From contig JBBQAO010000005.1 of the NCBI GenBank assembly GCA_038316355.1, positions 12,351 to 76,350 of the forward strand: a stretch of DNA of 64,000 nt, read 5' to 3'. Source of the stretch: Burkholderiales bacterium. GTDB taxonomy: Bacteria; Pseudomonadota; Gammaproteobacteria; Burkholderiales; SG8-41. Shown here piece by piece: positions 45,341 to 55,496 of the stretch. Position numbers and translations under genes: made by a program. The notes under the pieces were generated by a model. That model worked only from the letters and a program-made list of their open reading frames with translations. It did not search any database and was not told the origin of the DNA. Each line of letters opens with the position of its first letter. Position 1 is the first letter of the stretch.

Positions 45341-45618
45341 CTTAAAGAGGCCCTGCAGATTACCCGCTCAGCACAGGTCACTGCGATAGCCGGGCCTCCG
45401 AGGAGGAAAAATTGGGTTACCGGAATCCGTAACCCGGAGCAGCGGCTGCAAATCAACACCCCGAACAGCCCTGCCCCGACAAATTCAAGATAGACACTCC
45501 TGCTTACGTCAGACTTACAAACCGGCCGCTTCTGCGACATCGCACCGACCTGCTGCCGGCCCAGTATGATGACTTCCCGATTGCACCCTTACAATCCTTA
45601 CCCGGCTATAACCCCACC

Positions 45619-46293
45619 ATGCGCCTGCTGATCGTTGAAGACCATCCGATACTGGCCGACGGACTGATCATTGCGCTGAAAGGTGCCGATTACGCCGTCG
45701 ACCACGCCGCCACCGGCGAACAGGCTGACCACATGCTGGCCACGCAGCACTACGATGCGGTCATCCTGGATATCGGCCTGCCCAAGCTCGACGGCTACGA
45801 AGTGCTGCGGCGCATGCGCCGCAAGGGCTCCAAAACGCCGGTGCTGATGCTCACCGCGCGCGATGCGTTGGAGGACCGGGTCAAGGGACTCGACCTCGGT
45901 GCCGACGATTACCTGACCAAACCCTATGATCTGCCGGAACTCGAAGCGCGGGTACGGTCGCTGATTCGCCGCGGCCAATCCGGCGGCGGCGCCGACCTGG
46001 TCCACGGTGATCTGACGCTGGACACCGCGGGACGGCGCGCCACCATCAAGGGGATGCCGCTCGACCTGTCGGCCCGCGAACTCGGTGTGCTGGAAGTGCT
46101 GATGCTGCGTGCAGGCCGCGTGGTCAGCAAGGAACAACTCGCCGAACAGCTCTACGGCTGGGGCGAAGAAGTCGGCGCCAATGCCATCGAAGTCTACGTG
46201 CACCGGCTGCGCAAAAAACTCGAACCAGCGGGCGTCAATGTGCGCACCATACGCGGACTCGGCTACCTGCTGGAAAAAGCCGCGCATGAGTAA
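45619..46293 (+). CDS. OmpR-family response regulator (TctD/QseB-like)
   Basis: MRLLIVEDHPILADGL..VILDIGLPKLDG receiver domain and a winged-helix C-terminus ..IEVYVHRLRKKL..IRTIRGLGYLL. Confidence 0.9.
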   Translation: MRLLIVEDHPILADGLIIALKGADYAVDHAATGEQADHMLATQHYDAVILDIGLPKLDGYEVLRRMRRKGSKTPVLMLTARDALEDRVKGLDLGADDYLTKPYDLPELEARVRSLIRRGQSGGGADLVHGDLTLDTAGRRATIKGMPLDLSARELGVLEVLMLRAGRVVSKEQLAEQLYGWGEEVGANAIEVYVHRLRKKLEPAGVNVRTIRGLGYLLEKAAHE

Positions 46294-47671
46294 AGCGCGC
46301 ACGCTGCGCACCCGCTTGCTGTTATGGATCAGCGGTCCGCTCATTGCGTTATGGCTGATCAGCACCCTGATCGACCACGATATTGCCAGGGGCTTCGTCA
46401 ATCTCAATTACGACCGCGCGCTGCTTGATACCGCGCTGGATCTGGGGCGCAATGTGCGCGAGTCGGGCAACCAGCTCTATCTCGATCTGCCGCAGCCGGT
46501 GATCGAAATGCTGATTTCCGGCGAACAGGGCCGTTTTTATTACCGTGCCAACGGAGCCGACGGCGAGTACATCACCGGCGACCCGGATCTCCCCGAGCCG
46601 CCGCCCGAGGCGCTGGGAGATCGTGTCAGCTATTACGACGCCCTGTTCCGCAACGAGCAGATCCGCGCCGTCGCGCTGCGCGTACCGGTACGGCCGGGCT
46701 CCGGCAAGGGTTCCATCCTGATCCAGGTCGCGGAACGATCAAAGCTGCGCGCCGACTTTGCCCGCCAGATCATGTTGCGCATGATGCTGCCCCAGGCCAT
46801 CCTGGTGCTGCTGTCCACGCTCGCAGTATGGTTCGGCGTCGGCATCGGCCTGCGCGCGCTGACCTCGATGCAGCGGGAAATCGAGAACCGCTCACATGTG
46901 GATCTCAGCCCGATTGACGAAACCGGCGCGCCCGCCGAGGTGCGGCCGCTGGTGCGCGCGATGAACGACCTGCTGTCGCGGCTGAGCGCTGCTCTCGCCG
47001 CCCAGCAGCGGTTCATCGCCGACGCCGCGCACCAGCTGCGCACACCGGTGGCCGCGCTGAAGATGCAGGCTGAACTCGCCACGCGACAGGTGCGCGACGG
47101 CGAAGTCGCTGTCACGCTGCAGCACCTGCATACGGCTGCCGATCACGCGGCGCGGCTGGTCGCACAGCTGCTGACCCTGGCGCGCGCGGAACCCGGCTCG
47201 CACCGCAGCGTGATACGCCAGCCCTTCGCGCTGATGTCCGCGGCTCGCGATGTCGCCGGGGAATGGGTGCCGCGTGCACTGGCCCGCGGCATTGATCTGG
47301 GTTTCGACGACACCTCCGCACCCGCCGCAATCAGCGCAGATCCATTTCTGATCCACGAAATGCTCAACAATCTGATTGACAACGCCATCCAGTACACACC
47401 GGCCGGCGGCCGCGTCACCGTGCGCGTCCGGCGGCAGGGCGAACAGGCCATGCTGGAAGTCGAAGACGACGGCCCCGGCATCCCGGTTGAGGAGCAGGAA
47501 AGGGTATTCGAACGTTTTTACCGCATGCCGGGCGGTGCGCCGGAAGGTTGCGGCCTCGGACTGGCCATCGTCCGCGAAATTGCTCAGGGCCATCAGGCCA
47601 TGGTGGCCGTGCAAGCAGGCACCGGCGGTCGCGGCGCCCGCTTCACCGTTACATTCCCGTCACCGCAATAG
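46286..47671 (+). CDS. Sensor histidine kinase with TctE-like N-terminal sensor domain
   Basis: The ATG overlaps the RR stop by 8 nt. The N-terminus is MSKARTLRTRLLLWISGPLIALWLIS..NYDRALLDTALDL. H-box FIADAAHQLRTP, N-box NLIDNAIQYTP, G-box GLGLAIV. Confidence 0.85.
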   Translation: MSKARTLRTRLLLWISGPLIALWLISTLIDHDIARGFVNLNYDRALLDTALDLGRNVRESGNQLYLDLPQPVIEMLISGEQGRFYYRANGADGEYITGDPDLPEPPPEALGDRVSYYDALFRNEQIRAVALRVPVRPGSGKGSILIQVAERSKLRADFARQIMLRMMLPQAILVLLSTLAVWFGVGIGLRALTSMQREIENRSHVDLSPIDETGAPAEVRPLVRAMNDLLSRLSAALAAQQRFIADAAHQLRTPVAALKMQAELATRQVRDGEVAVTLQHLHTAADHAARLVAQLLTLARAEPGSHRSVIRQPFALMSAARDVAGEWVPRALARGIDLGFDDTSAPAAISADPFLIHEMLNNLIDNAIQYTPAGGRVTVRVRRQGEQAMLEVEDDGPGIPVEEQERVFERFYRMPGGAPEGCGLGLAIVREIAQGHQAMVAVQAGTGGRGARFTVTFPSPQ

Positions 47672-49505
47672 CCGGTGCGTTTTCCCGTTCGGTACGGCGC
47701 TGCGCATCTTCCTGCTGCTGCAGCGCCCACATCTGTGCGTAGGCACCGTCGCTGGCGAGCAGCGCGGCATGGCGACCGCGTTCTACCACCCGCCCCTGAT
47801 CCAGCACCAGAATTTCATCGGCATCCATTACCGTCGACAAGCGGTGCGCGATGACCAGCGTGGTGCGGCCCTGCGCGATGGCGTTCAATTCCTTCTGGAT
47901 TGCCTGCTCGGTGCGTGAGTCCAGCGCCGATGTCGCTTCGTCAAAAATCATGATGCGCGGATTTTTCAGTATCGCGCGAGCAATCGCCACCCGCTGTTTT
48001 TCGCCGCCCGACAGTTTCAGGCCGCGCTCGCCGACCATCGCCTCGTAACCATCCGGCAGACTCTCGATGAAGGCATGAATGTGCGCCGCCTTCGCTGCGG
48101 CAATCACCTCATCTCGCGGCGCTGCCGGCCGTCCGTACTGGATGTTGTAATAAATCGTGTCGTTGAACAGCACGGTGTCCTGCGGCACGATGGCGATGGC
48201 GCCGCGCAGGCTGGTCTGGCGCAGTTGCCGGATATCAATCCCGTTGATGCGGATCGCACCGCCGGTCGCGTCGTAGAAACGGTAGAGCAGCCGTGCCAGC
48301 GTCGATTTGCCGGCGCCGCTCGCCCCCACCACCGCAACTTTCGCCGCCGGCGGGATCTCGAAGGTCATGCCGTGCAGTATCTGGCGCCGCGGGTCGTAAC
48401 CGAAATCGACCGCCTCAAATTGCACGGTCGCCGGCCCCTCCGGTACATCCTTTGCCTCCGGCGCGTCATCCACTTCACGGTTTTCTTCGAGCAGCCCGAA
48501 CATGCGGTCCATGTCGATCAGCGCCTGCTTGATCTCGCGATAGGCCATGCCGAGAAAATTGAGCGGGATGTAGAGCTGGATCAGCAGGCCGTTGACCAGC
48601 ACCAGGTCGCCCAGCGACAGTTCGCGCGCCACCACGCCCTGGGCGCAGAGGATCATCAGCAGCGTGGCGGCAATGGCAATGATTGACGCCTGACCAACGT
48701 TGAGCAGGCCGAGAGATGCCTCGTTCCTGACCGCCATCACCTCGTAGCGCTGCAGGCTGTCATCGTAACGCAGCGCCTCGTAATCCTCGTTGTTGAAATA
48801 TTTGACGGTTTCGTAATTGAGCAGGCTGTCCACGGCCCGGGTGTTGGCCTTGGAATCGAGATCATTGGCGCGCCGGCGGATCGCAGTGCGCCACTCGGTG
48901 ATGCCGATGGTAAACGCGATGTAGAGCACCACCGCAGCAAAGGTCACTGCGACAAATCGCCAGTCGAATTTGGCAAACAGCACAGCCGCGACCAGCGTGA
49001 ACTCCAGCACCACCGGGATGATAGAAAACAGCATGAACGACAGCAGCGTGGAAATGCCGCGGGTGCCGCGCTCGATGTCGCGCGACATGCCGCCGGTCTG
49101 GCGGTCAAGGTGGAAACGCAGCGACAGTGCATGCAGGTGACGGAACACCGCCAGCGCGATGCGCCGCGTCGCACGCTGCGTGACCGGCACAAACACCACG
49201 TCGCGCAATTCGGCGAACAGCACCGTGGACAGGCGCAGCACGCCGTAGGCGACCAGCAGCGCCAGTGGCAGTATCAGCACTGCCTGTTTCGAATCAAGGC
49301 CGTCGACGATGTCCTTCATGATCAGCGGCACACCGACGTTGGCGAATTTAGCCGCCACCAGGAACAGCAGTGCCACCACCACGCGCCATTTGTATTCCCA
49401 CAGGTACGGCAGCAGCATCGGCACCACGCGCCAGTCACGACCGCGCGCCGGTACTTCAGTGGGTGTAGCAATGCCCTTGTGCAGGGCTGCGCGATCAGCA
49501 GTCAT
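47649..49505 (-). CDS. ABC transporter permease/ATP-binding fusion (ABCB/Atm1-like exporter)
   Basis: Six-TM N-half, Walker A GASGAGKST, signature LSGGEKQR and Walker B IMIFDEATS. The 3' end overlaps the convergent kinase gene by 23 nt. Confidence 0.9.
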   Translation of the reverse strand: MTADRAALHKGIATPTEVPARGRDWRVVPMLLPYLWEYKWRVVVALLFLVAAKFANVGVPLIMKDIVDGLDSKQAVLILPLALLVAYGVLRLSTVLFAELRDVVFVPVTQRATRRIALAVFRHLHALSLRFHLDRQTGGMSRDIERGTRGISTLLSFMLFSIIPVVLEFTLVAAVLFAKFDWRFVAVTFAAVVLYIAFTIGITEWRTAIRRRANDLDSKANTRAVDSLLNYETVKYFNNEDYEALRYDDSLQRYEVMAVRNEASLGLLNVGQASIIAIAATLLMILCAQGVVARELSLGDLVLVNGLLIQLYIPLNFLGMAYREIKQALIDMDRMFGLLEENREVDDAPEAKDVPEGPATVQFEAVDFGYDPRRQILHGMTFEIPPAAKVAVVGASGAGKSTLARLLYRFYDATGGAIRINGIDIRQLRQTSLRGAIAIVPQDTVLFNDTIYYNIQYGRPAAPRDEVIAAAKAAHIHAFIESLPDGYEAMVGERGLKLSGGEKQRVAIARAILKNPRIMIFDEATSALDSRTEQAIQKELNAIAQGRTTLVIAHRLSTVMDADEILVLDQGRVVERGRHAALLASDGAYAQMWALQQQEDAQRRTERENAPAIAVTGM

Positions 49506-49535
49506 GAAGTGTCCGGGAATCCACTTTTTTAAATT

Positions 49536-49558
49536 TTATCAATAAAAACAATTACTTA
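49536..49558 (-). repeat. AT-rich intergenic motif (exact inverted copy of 30910-30932)
   Basis: The forward TTATCAATAAAAACAATTACTTA is the reverse complement of TAAGTAATTGTTTTTATTGATAA. It lies between the EEP gene stop and the ABC gene start. Confidence 0.75.
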
Positions 49559-49591
49559 AAACACTCATTTACAACATCCACTGCGCAGCAC

Positions 49592-50395
49592 TCAGCCAGG
49601 CAGACGCTCGAGCTGTGCCGTCAGCGGCGCATGGTCGGAAATCCGTCCCCAGCGCCGGCCGTGGTGAACGCGAACCTCATGCACCGCGAAACCACGCACA
49701 TAAATCCGGTCCAGCCGCAGCACCGGCAACAGCGCCGGAAAGCTGCGCGCGGGTGCGCCGCCCGCCAGTTCGAATACTTCGTGCATGTTCAGCGGATGCG
49801 CCAGTTGCTGGGTCGCGCGGTGGCGCCAGTACCAGTCGTTGAAATCGCCGGCGACGATCAGCGGCGCATCCGGCGGCACCAGGCGCTCGATGCGCTGACG
49901 CAGGCGCTCCAGTTGCAGGCCACGGCCGCGCGCGGTCAGCGCCAGGTGCACGCATACACAATGCAGCGGTTGCGGCCAGCCGGGCACAGCGATTTCGCAG
50001 TGCAGGAGTCCGCGGCGCTCGAAACGATGCGACGACACGTCCTCATTGGCCCAGTGCGTAATCGGATAACGCGACAGCACGGCGTTGCCGTGATGGCCGG
50101 CATCGTACACCGCGTTTTTGCCGTAGGCATGGCTTTCCCACAGGCTGTCGGCGAGAAACTCGTATTGGGACTGCACCGGCCAGTCAAGATGACGTGCGGC
50201 GTGGACCGTATGTTCACCGACGACTTCCTGCAGGAACACCAGATCGGTATTGAGCAGGCGCAACTGTTCCCGCAACACATGCAGCGTCGGTCGCCGTGCG
50301 AACAGGGGGGTGACCGAAAAGCCTTTATGGATGTTGTAGGTCGCGACACTCAGCAGCAGCGACGCGCCGGTCACGTCATTCTCAGGATATGGCAA
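49592..50395 (-). CDS. Endonuclease/exonuclease/phosphatase (EEP) family protein
   Basis: ..VATYNIHKG..DLVFLQEV..GNAVLSRYP..IVAGDFND..SDHAPL. The start is uncertain (ATG 50395 overlaps nadA; GTG 50374 is an alternative). Confidence 0.8.
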   Translation of the reverse strand: MPYPENDVTGASLLLSVATYNIHKGFSVTPLFARRPTLHVLREQLRLLNTDLVFLQEVVGEHTVHAARHLDWPVQSQYEFLADSLWESHAYGKNAVYDAGHHGNAVLSRYPITHWANEDVSSHRFERRGLLHCEIAVPGWPQPLHCVCVHLALTARGRGLQLERLRQRIERLVPPDAPLIVAGDFNDWYWRHRATQQLAHPLNMHEVFELAGGAPARSFPALLPVLRLDRIYVRGFAVHEVRVHHGRRWGRISDHAPLTAQLERLPG

Positions 50396-51479
50396 GCATA
50401 CGGTCCAGCGCGATGCGCGCCAGTTCCGCCTCGTATGCGGGCACCTTGATCTGGTTCACCACCTTGCCTGCCACCAGATTTTCGAGTGACCACGCCAGGT
50501 GCTGGGGATCAATGCGCTGCATGGTTGAACACATGCACACCGTCGGTGCCATGAACTGCACCGATTTGCCCTGCGGAGCGAATTCTTCTGCAATCCGGTT
50601 CACCAGATTGAGTTCGGTGCCGACCAGCCACCGCGATCCCGGCGGGCTCGCCGCGATGGTCTTGATGATGTAGTCGGTGGAGCCGACGTAATCGGAGAGT
50701 TTGCACACTTCGAAGTTGCACTCCGGATGACTGATCACAGCCCCTCCCGGATGCTGCTGGCGCCAGCGCAGGATGTGCTGCGCCTGGAACATCTGGTGCA
50801 CCGAGCAATGGCCCTTCCACAGCAGCACCTTTGCCATCTTGATCTGCTGCGGCGTCAAGCCGCCCATCGGCTCATCCGGATCCCACACCAGCATTTCGGA
50901 CAGCGGGATATCCCTCAGGTAGCCGGTCCAGCGGCCGAGATGCTGGTCGGGGAAAAACAGTACTTTGTCACGCCGGCCGAACGCCCAGCCGAGGATCTGC
51001 TTTGCATTGGACGAGGTGCAAACGATGCCGCCATGTTCGCCGCAGAACGCCTTCAGGTCAGCGGCAGAATTGATGTAGGTGATGGGGGTGACGTGCTCAT
51101 CAGGATCCAGCACTTCCGACAGCTCGCGCCACGCGCGCTCAACCTTGGCGAGGCTCGCCATGTCCGCCATCGAACAACCGGCGTTCATGTCGGGCAGGAT
51201 CACTTTCTGCGAGGCGCGCGAGAGGATGTCCGCGACTTCGGCCATGAAATGCACACCGCAGAACACGATGTATTCGGAATCAGTGGTGGACGCCAGCTTG
51301 GACAGTTGCAGCGAGTCACCGGTCAGGTCAGCGTGTTTGTAGACGTCCGCCCGCTGATAATGATGACCGAGCAATACGACGCGATCACCGAGCTTCTGCC
51401 GTGCAGCCACAATGCGTGCTTCACACGCGTCATCAGCCAGCGGCTTGAAACCCTCAAAGGCTATCGTCTTGACTTCCAT
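50382..51479 (-). CDS. nadA: Quinolinate synthase NadA
   Basis: ..VLLGHHYQRADVYKHADLTGDSLQLS..FCGVHFMAE..CSMA..ISHPEC... Start at ATG 51479 with an AAGGA SD. Confidence 0.9.
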   Translation of the reverse strand: MEVKTIAFEGFKPLADDACEARIVAARQKLGDRVVLLGHHYQRADVYKHADLTGDSLQLSKLASTTDSEYIVFCGVHFMAEVADILSRASQKVILPDMNAGCSMADMASLAKVERAWRELSEVLDPDEHVTPITYINSAADLKAFCGEHGGIVCTSSNAKQILGWAFGRRDKVLFFPDQHLGRWTGYLRDIPLSEMLVWDPDEPMGGLTPQQIKMAKVLLWKGHCSVHQMFQAQHILRWRQQHPGGAVISHPECNFEVCKLSDYVGSTDYIIKTIAASPPGSRWLVGTELNLVNRIAEEFAPQGKSVQFMAPTVCMCSTMQRIDPQHLAWSLENLVAGKVVNQIKVPAYEAELARIALDRMLAIS

Positions 51480-51601
51480 CGTCTGATCCTTCTCCAGTAT
51501 CAAAGCCGGCATCACAGTCAGCCCCCGGCTTCGGGGAAAACTCTGACATTACAGGATTTTGACAGAAAAACCAGCCAAAAAATCCCGACAGGTCGCGTGA
51601 T

Positions 51602-52051
51602 TTATGTGCACCGCCGCATACGCTGCGGCAACTCACGTATAACTTCAGCATTGCTCGATGAAAATACGCAATCCGCCGCCTCGCGCCATGGCAACCACCG
51701 GTAGTCCAGATGTTCGCGCGGAGCAAGCACGATGTCCTGAACGGCCGGCAATTTCAGACTGAAGACATGTTCCGTATTGTGGGTAACACCCGGCGCATAA
51801 CGATTGCGCCAGTGTGGATAAATTTCATAACGGTTCTCGCGCTGCCAGTCATTCAGCATCGCAGCGTCGGCAACAATGCCGGTTTCTTCAGTCAGTTCGC
51901 GTTGCGCGGTCTGCAGCAGCGTCTCGCCTTCATCCTGACTGCCGGTGACCGACTGCCAGAAACCCGGGCGGTCAGCGCGCTCCAGCAGCAGCACCTGCAA
52001 GTCGGCAGTGTGCACCAGCACCAGCACCGACACCGGAGTCTTGTAATTCAT
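51602..52051 (-). CDS. nudB: Dihydroneopterin triphosphate diphosphatase (Nudix) NudB
   Basis: YKTPVSVLVLVH..FWQSVTGSQDEGETLLQTAQRELTEETG..RYAPGVTHNTEHVF parallels E. coli NudB as recalled. Confidence 0.85.
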   Translation of the reverse strand: MNYKTPVSVLVLVHTADLQVLLLERADRPGFWQSVTGSQDEGETLLQTAQRELTEETGIVADAAMLNDWQRENRYEIYPHWRNRYAPGVTHNTEHVFSLKLPAVQDIVLAPREHLDYRWLPWREAADCVFSSSNAEVIRELPQRMRRCT

Positions 52052-52464
52052 CGCGCCGGAAACGCCGGCAGTCCGGTGGCATCGGTCAGCACGATGAACA
52101 CCTGCCGCTGCCCCTGCCAATAATCCGCCGTGGCACCAAGAATTTCCAGCAGCACTGCGTGCTCATCACTCTTTGCCGCGGCAAAATCGGCTGCACCGCG
52201 CAGTGCCAGCACCCACCCTTTGTCCGGCAACCATGACAAATCCTGCAGACTGTCGGCCAGGGCATCCCAGTTGCCGCCGAAGCTGGCGGGGAATTTCAGC
52301 GCATGGGCAAACGCATTCAGCAGCGCGCGTTTGCCGCGTGCGCGCTGCAGATCAATGCCGATCCAGCGCAAGCCTTCATCTCCCACTGCGGCACGCAGCG
52401 GGTTGATGTCCGCCGGCGCCCGGTAAACACCGTTGTTTTTCCCGACAAATCCGCGGATTTTCAT
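52048..52464 (-). CDS. Barstar-family ribonuclease inhibitor
   Basis: ..RALLNAFAHALKFPASFGGNWDALADSLQDLSW.. is typical of barstar. Its ATG overlaps the RNase stop (ATGA). Confidence 0.75.
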   Translation of the reverse strand: MKIRGFVGKNNGVYRAPADINPLRAAVGDEGLRWIGIDLQRARGKRALLNAFAHALKFPASFGGNWDALADSLQDLSWLPDKGWVLALRGAADFAAAKSDEHAVLLEILGATADYWQGQRQVFIVLTDATGLPAFPAR

Positions 52465-52916
52465 TCGACGATGCGCCTGAAGCTGCGGTAATGGTCCGCA
52501 GTGTAATAAAACACGCCGCCATCGCGACATTGCACAAGCCGCAGCGGGCCGGAGACCGGCGCTGCCGGGCGCTGTCGCTCGCAACCGACGACGATGCGCC
52601 GCGCACCGCGATGGCGCACACCGGGTGTGGTTACCGTGTACTCGCGGTAATAACCGCGCTGTGCCGCGGGCAGCAGTTTTTCGTAATTGCCGAAGGTGAT
52701 ACCGTCGCGCTCATGGGGATAAGGCCCGTCGCGCCGGATCAGCTGCATGGTTGCGCGGGCTTCCTGCGGCAGATCGGTGACACGGATTTCCTGCGCGTGC
52801 GACTGCAGAGACTGTGAAGACTGCGGAAGATCTTCGCGCGCTGCGGCCAGCGCAGAGAACACGACAGCAACGATGAACCACAGCAATTGCGGCATGCTGC
52901 GCCACGCTGTCCACAT
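52461..52916 (-). CDS. Secreted guanyl-specific ribonuclease (barnase/RNase Sa, N1/T1 family)
   Basis: Signal peptide; ..LIRRDGPYPHERDGITFGNYEKLLP..YYREYTVTTPG..RGARRIV.. motifs. Confidence 0.8.
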   Translation of the reverse strand: MWTAWRSMPQLLWFIVAVVFSALAAAREDLPQSSQSLQSHAQEIRVTDLPQEARATMQLIRRDGPYPHERDGITFGNYEKLLPAAQRGYYREYTVTTPGVRHRGARRIVVGCERQRPAAPVSGPLRLVQCRDGGVFYYTADHYRSFRRIVE

Positions 52917-52946
52917 CGCAATGCTCTGCCTTCAGGCCGCGACCGT

Positions 52947-54731
52947 TTATTCGGCCGGGGTGACGTTGCGCAGGCGGATGTGCAGTTCGCGCAACTGCTT
53001 CTCGGTCACAGCGCTCGGCGCCTCGACCATCAGATCCTGGCCACGCTGGGTTTTGGGGAACGCGATCACCTCACGGATCGATTCGGCACCAGTCATCAGC
53101 GTCACGATGCGGTCCAGACCGAAAGCAATGCCGCCATGCGGCGGTGCGCCGTAGGACAAAGCATCCAGCAGGAAGCCGAATTTGGCGCGCGCATCCTCAG
53201 GCGCAATGCCCATTGCCGCAAACACCTGCGACTGCACCTCGGCGCGATGGATGCGCACCGAACCGCCGCCGATTTCCCAGCCGTTCAGCGCGACGTCGTA
53301 GGCCTTGGCCAGCACCTTGCCCGGATCGGTGGTCAGCAAGCCAACATGTTCGTCCTTCGGCGCCGTGAACGGGTGATGCGCCGCGTTCCAGCGCTGCGCT
53401 TCCTCGTCGTAATCGAAGGCCGGGAAATCAACAATCCAGCACGGCCGCCAACCGGCTTCGGCATGGCCTTTTTCATGGCCGACCCTGACCCGCAAGGCGC
53501 CCAGCGCGTCGTAGACCACCTTCTTGCGGTCAGCGCCGAAGAAAATCAGGTCGCCGTTGGTTGCAGCCGTGCGCTTGAGGATTTCAGCCAGCACCGGCTG
53601 CGGCAGGAATTTGACGATCGGCGACTGCAGGCCTTCGTCGTTCAGTTTGGTAGCATCGTTGACCTTGATGTAAGCCAGCCCCTTGGCGCCGTAAATTGAA
53701 ACAAAGGCGGTGTAGTCGTCGATTTCCTTGCGCGTCAGCGCGGCGCCGCCGGGCAGGCGCAGCGCGACAACCTTGCCGTCCTTCAGCGCAATCGCCTGCT
53801 TGAACACCTTGAAGTCGACCTGGGTCATCAGGTCGCTGAGTTCAGTCAATTCAAGTTTGACGCGCAGGTCGGGCTTGTCCGAACCGTAACGCGCCATCGC
53901 ATCGGCGTAGGTCAGGCGCGGAAACTCGCCGAGGTCAACGTTAAGCACGTTCTTGAACAAATCGCGGATCAGGCCTTCCATCAGGTCCTGGATTTCGCGT
54001 TCGCCGAGGAAGGAAGTTTCGATATCGATCTGCGTGAATTCGGGCTGGCGGTCTGCGCGCAGATCTTCGTCGCGGAAACATTTGACGATCTGGTAGTAGC
54101 GGTCGTAACCCGCCACCATCAGCAACTGCTTGAACAGCTGGGGCGACTGCGGCAAGGCGTAGAACTGGCCATCGTGCATGCGTGCGGGCACCAGGAATTC
54201 GCGCGCACCTTCGGGCGTCGACTTGTAGAGCATCGGTGTTTCGATGTCGATGAAACCGTTGCCGTCGAGGTAATTGCGCACCGCGCGCGCGGCGCGATGG
54301 CGCAGCCGCAGGTTGTTCTGCATCTGCGGCCGGCGCAAATCGAGGAAGCGGTACTGCAGCCGCACGTTTTCCGACAGGTTTTCGTCGTCCATCATGAACG
54401 GCGGCGTCTGCGACGCGTTCAATACTTCCAGCGCGGTCGCCAGCACTTCAATTTCGCCGCTGACCAGATTGGCGTTGATGGTGCCGGCCGGTCGTTCGCG
54501 CACGCGGCCTTCAACGCGCACCACGAATTCATTGCGCAGTCCATTGGCGATCGCGAAAGTTTCCGCACGGTCGGGATCACAGACGATCTGCACCAGGCCT
54601 TCGCGGTCACGCAGGTCGATGAAAATGACGCCGCCATGATCGCGGCGACGGTGCACCCAGCCGCAGAGGCTCACGGTCTGGCCGAGGAGTTTGCGGTCAA
54701 CCAGCCCGCAGTAATGGCTACGCATATTCAT
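52947..54731 (-). CDS. aspS: Aspartate--tRNA ligase
   Basis: [67 protein letters not shown] class II motifs. Confidence 0.95.
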   Translation of the reverse strand: MNMRSHYCGLVDRKLLGQTVSLCGWVHRRRDHGGVIFIDLRDREGLVQIVCDPDRAETFAIANGLRNEFVVRVEGRVRERPAGTINANLVSGEIEVLATALEVLNASQTPPFMMDDENLSENVRLQYRFLDLRRPQMQNNLRLRHRAARAVRNYLDGNGFIDIETPMLYKSTPEGAREFLVPARMHDGQFYALPQSPQLFKQLLMVAGYDRYYQIVKCFRDEDLRADRQPEFTQIDIETSFLGEREIQDLMEGLIRDLFKNVLNVDLGEFPRLTYADAMARYGSDKPDLRVKLELTELSDLMTQVDFKVFKQAIALKDGKVVALRLPGGAALTRKEIDDYTAFVSIYGAKGLAYIKVNDATKLNDEGLQSPIVKFLPQPVLAEILKRTAATNGDLIFFGADRKKVVYDALGALRVRVGHEKGHAEAGWRPCWIVDFPAFDYDEEAQRWNAAHHPFTAPKDEHVGLLTTDPGKVLAKAYDVALNGWEIGGGSVRIHRAEVQSQVFAAMGIAPEDARAKFGFLLDALSYGAPPHGGIAFGLDRIVTLMTGAESIREVIAFPKTQRGQDLMVEAPSAVTEKQLRELHIRLRNVTPAE

Positions 54732-54751
54732 AAGTAATTGATTCTAAATGA

Positions 54752-55396
54752 TTATTTTTTTGAGTCCGCTATAGACAGCACAATGCCGCCGCCATTCGCC
54801 GGCACCACCACACCCATGGACACAATGTATTTGAATGCGGCGTCGACCGACATGTCGATTTCTATTGCATCTGCACGCCGCACATAAAAATAAAACCCGT
54901 TGACCGGACTCGGCGTGGTCGGGATGAATACCGCGACATATTCTTCTGGCAGGCGCGCCGCGACTTCCACCGGCACGTTAGTCTGGAACGCCAGCGACCA
55001 GGCCTCGGGATGCGGATAACGCACCAGCAGCACCTTGCGGAAAGCGTGGCCGGTACCCGAAAACAGCGTGTCGCTGACCTGTTTGACGCTGTGATAAATC
55101 GTATTGAAAATGGGAATTCGCGCGAGTATGCCTTCCCAGAACCGCACCAGACGCTGACCGAGAATATTGGCCGCGAGTACTCCGGTGAAAAAAACGATCA
55201 ACACTGTCAGGATCACGCCCAACCCAGGCACATGAACGCCCAGCCAGTTTTCGGTGAGCAGCGCTTGCGGTAACAACTGCAGCGACTGGTCCATGATACC
55301 CACCAGCAGGTTGAGCACCCACAGTGTGATCGCCAGCGGCACCCAGATCAGCAGGCCGGTGATGATGTAGCTCTTGATGGCGGTTTTCTTGAACAT
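54752..55396 (-). CDS. DUF502-domain membrane protein
   Basis: MFKKTAIKSYIITGLLIWVPLAITLWVL..IPIFNTIYHSVKQV..TTPSPVNGFY. Confidence 0.8.
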   Translation of the reverse strand: MFKKTAIKSYIITGLLIWVPLAITLWVLNLLVGIMDQSLQLLPQALLTENWLGVHVPGLGVILTVLIVFFTGVLAANILGQRLVRFWEGILARIPIFNTIYHSVKQVSDTLFSGTGHAFRKVLLVRYPHPEAWSLAFQTNVPVEVAARLPEEYVAVFIPTTPSPVNGFYFYVRRADAIEIDMSVDAAFKYIVSMGVVVPANGGGIVLSIADSKK

Positions 55397-55496
55397 GGAT
55401 TCTGTTGAGGCTTGCGCGCGACTGCGGCGAATGCCGGACTGCAGCGCAACCCGGCCCGCCGCGACGCGCAGATGCCGCGCCCGGCGTAATCATCAA

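Noticed and set aside
45414-45435. The hairpin GGGTTAC-N8-GTAACCC, considered as a guanidine-II (mini-ykkC)-like or other riboswitch module. The SD-like GAGGAGG + TTG 6-codon mini-ORF on the plus strand was also considered.
   Set aside because: The loop lacks the ACGR signature, and I could not match any riboswitch consensus from memory. A 6-aa ORF is not interpretable. It is kept only as part of the candidate-sRNA finding.
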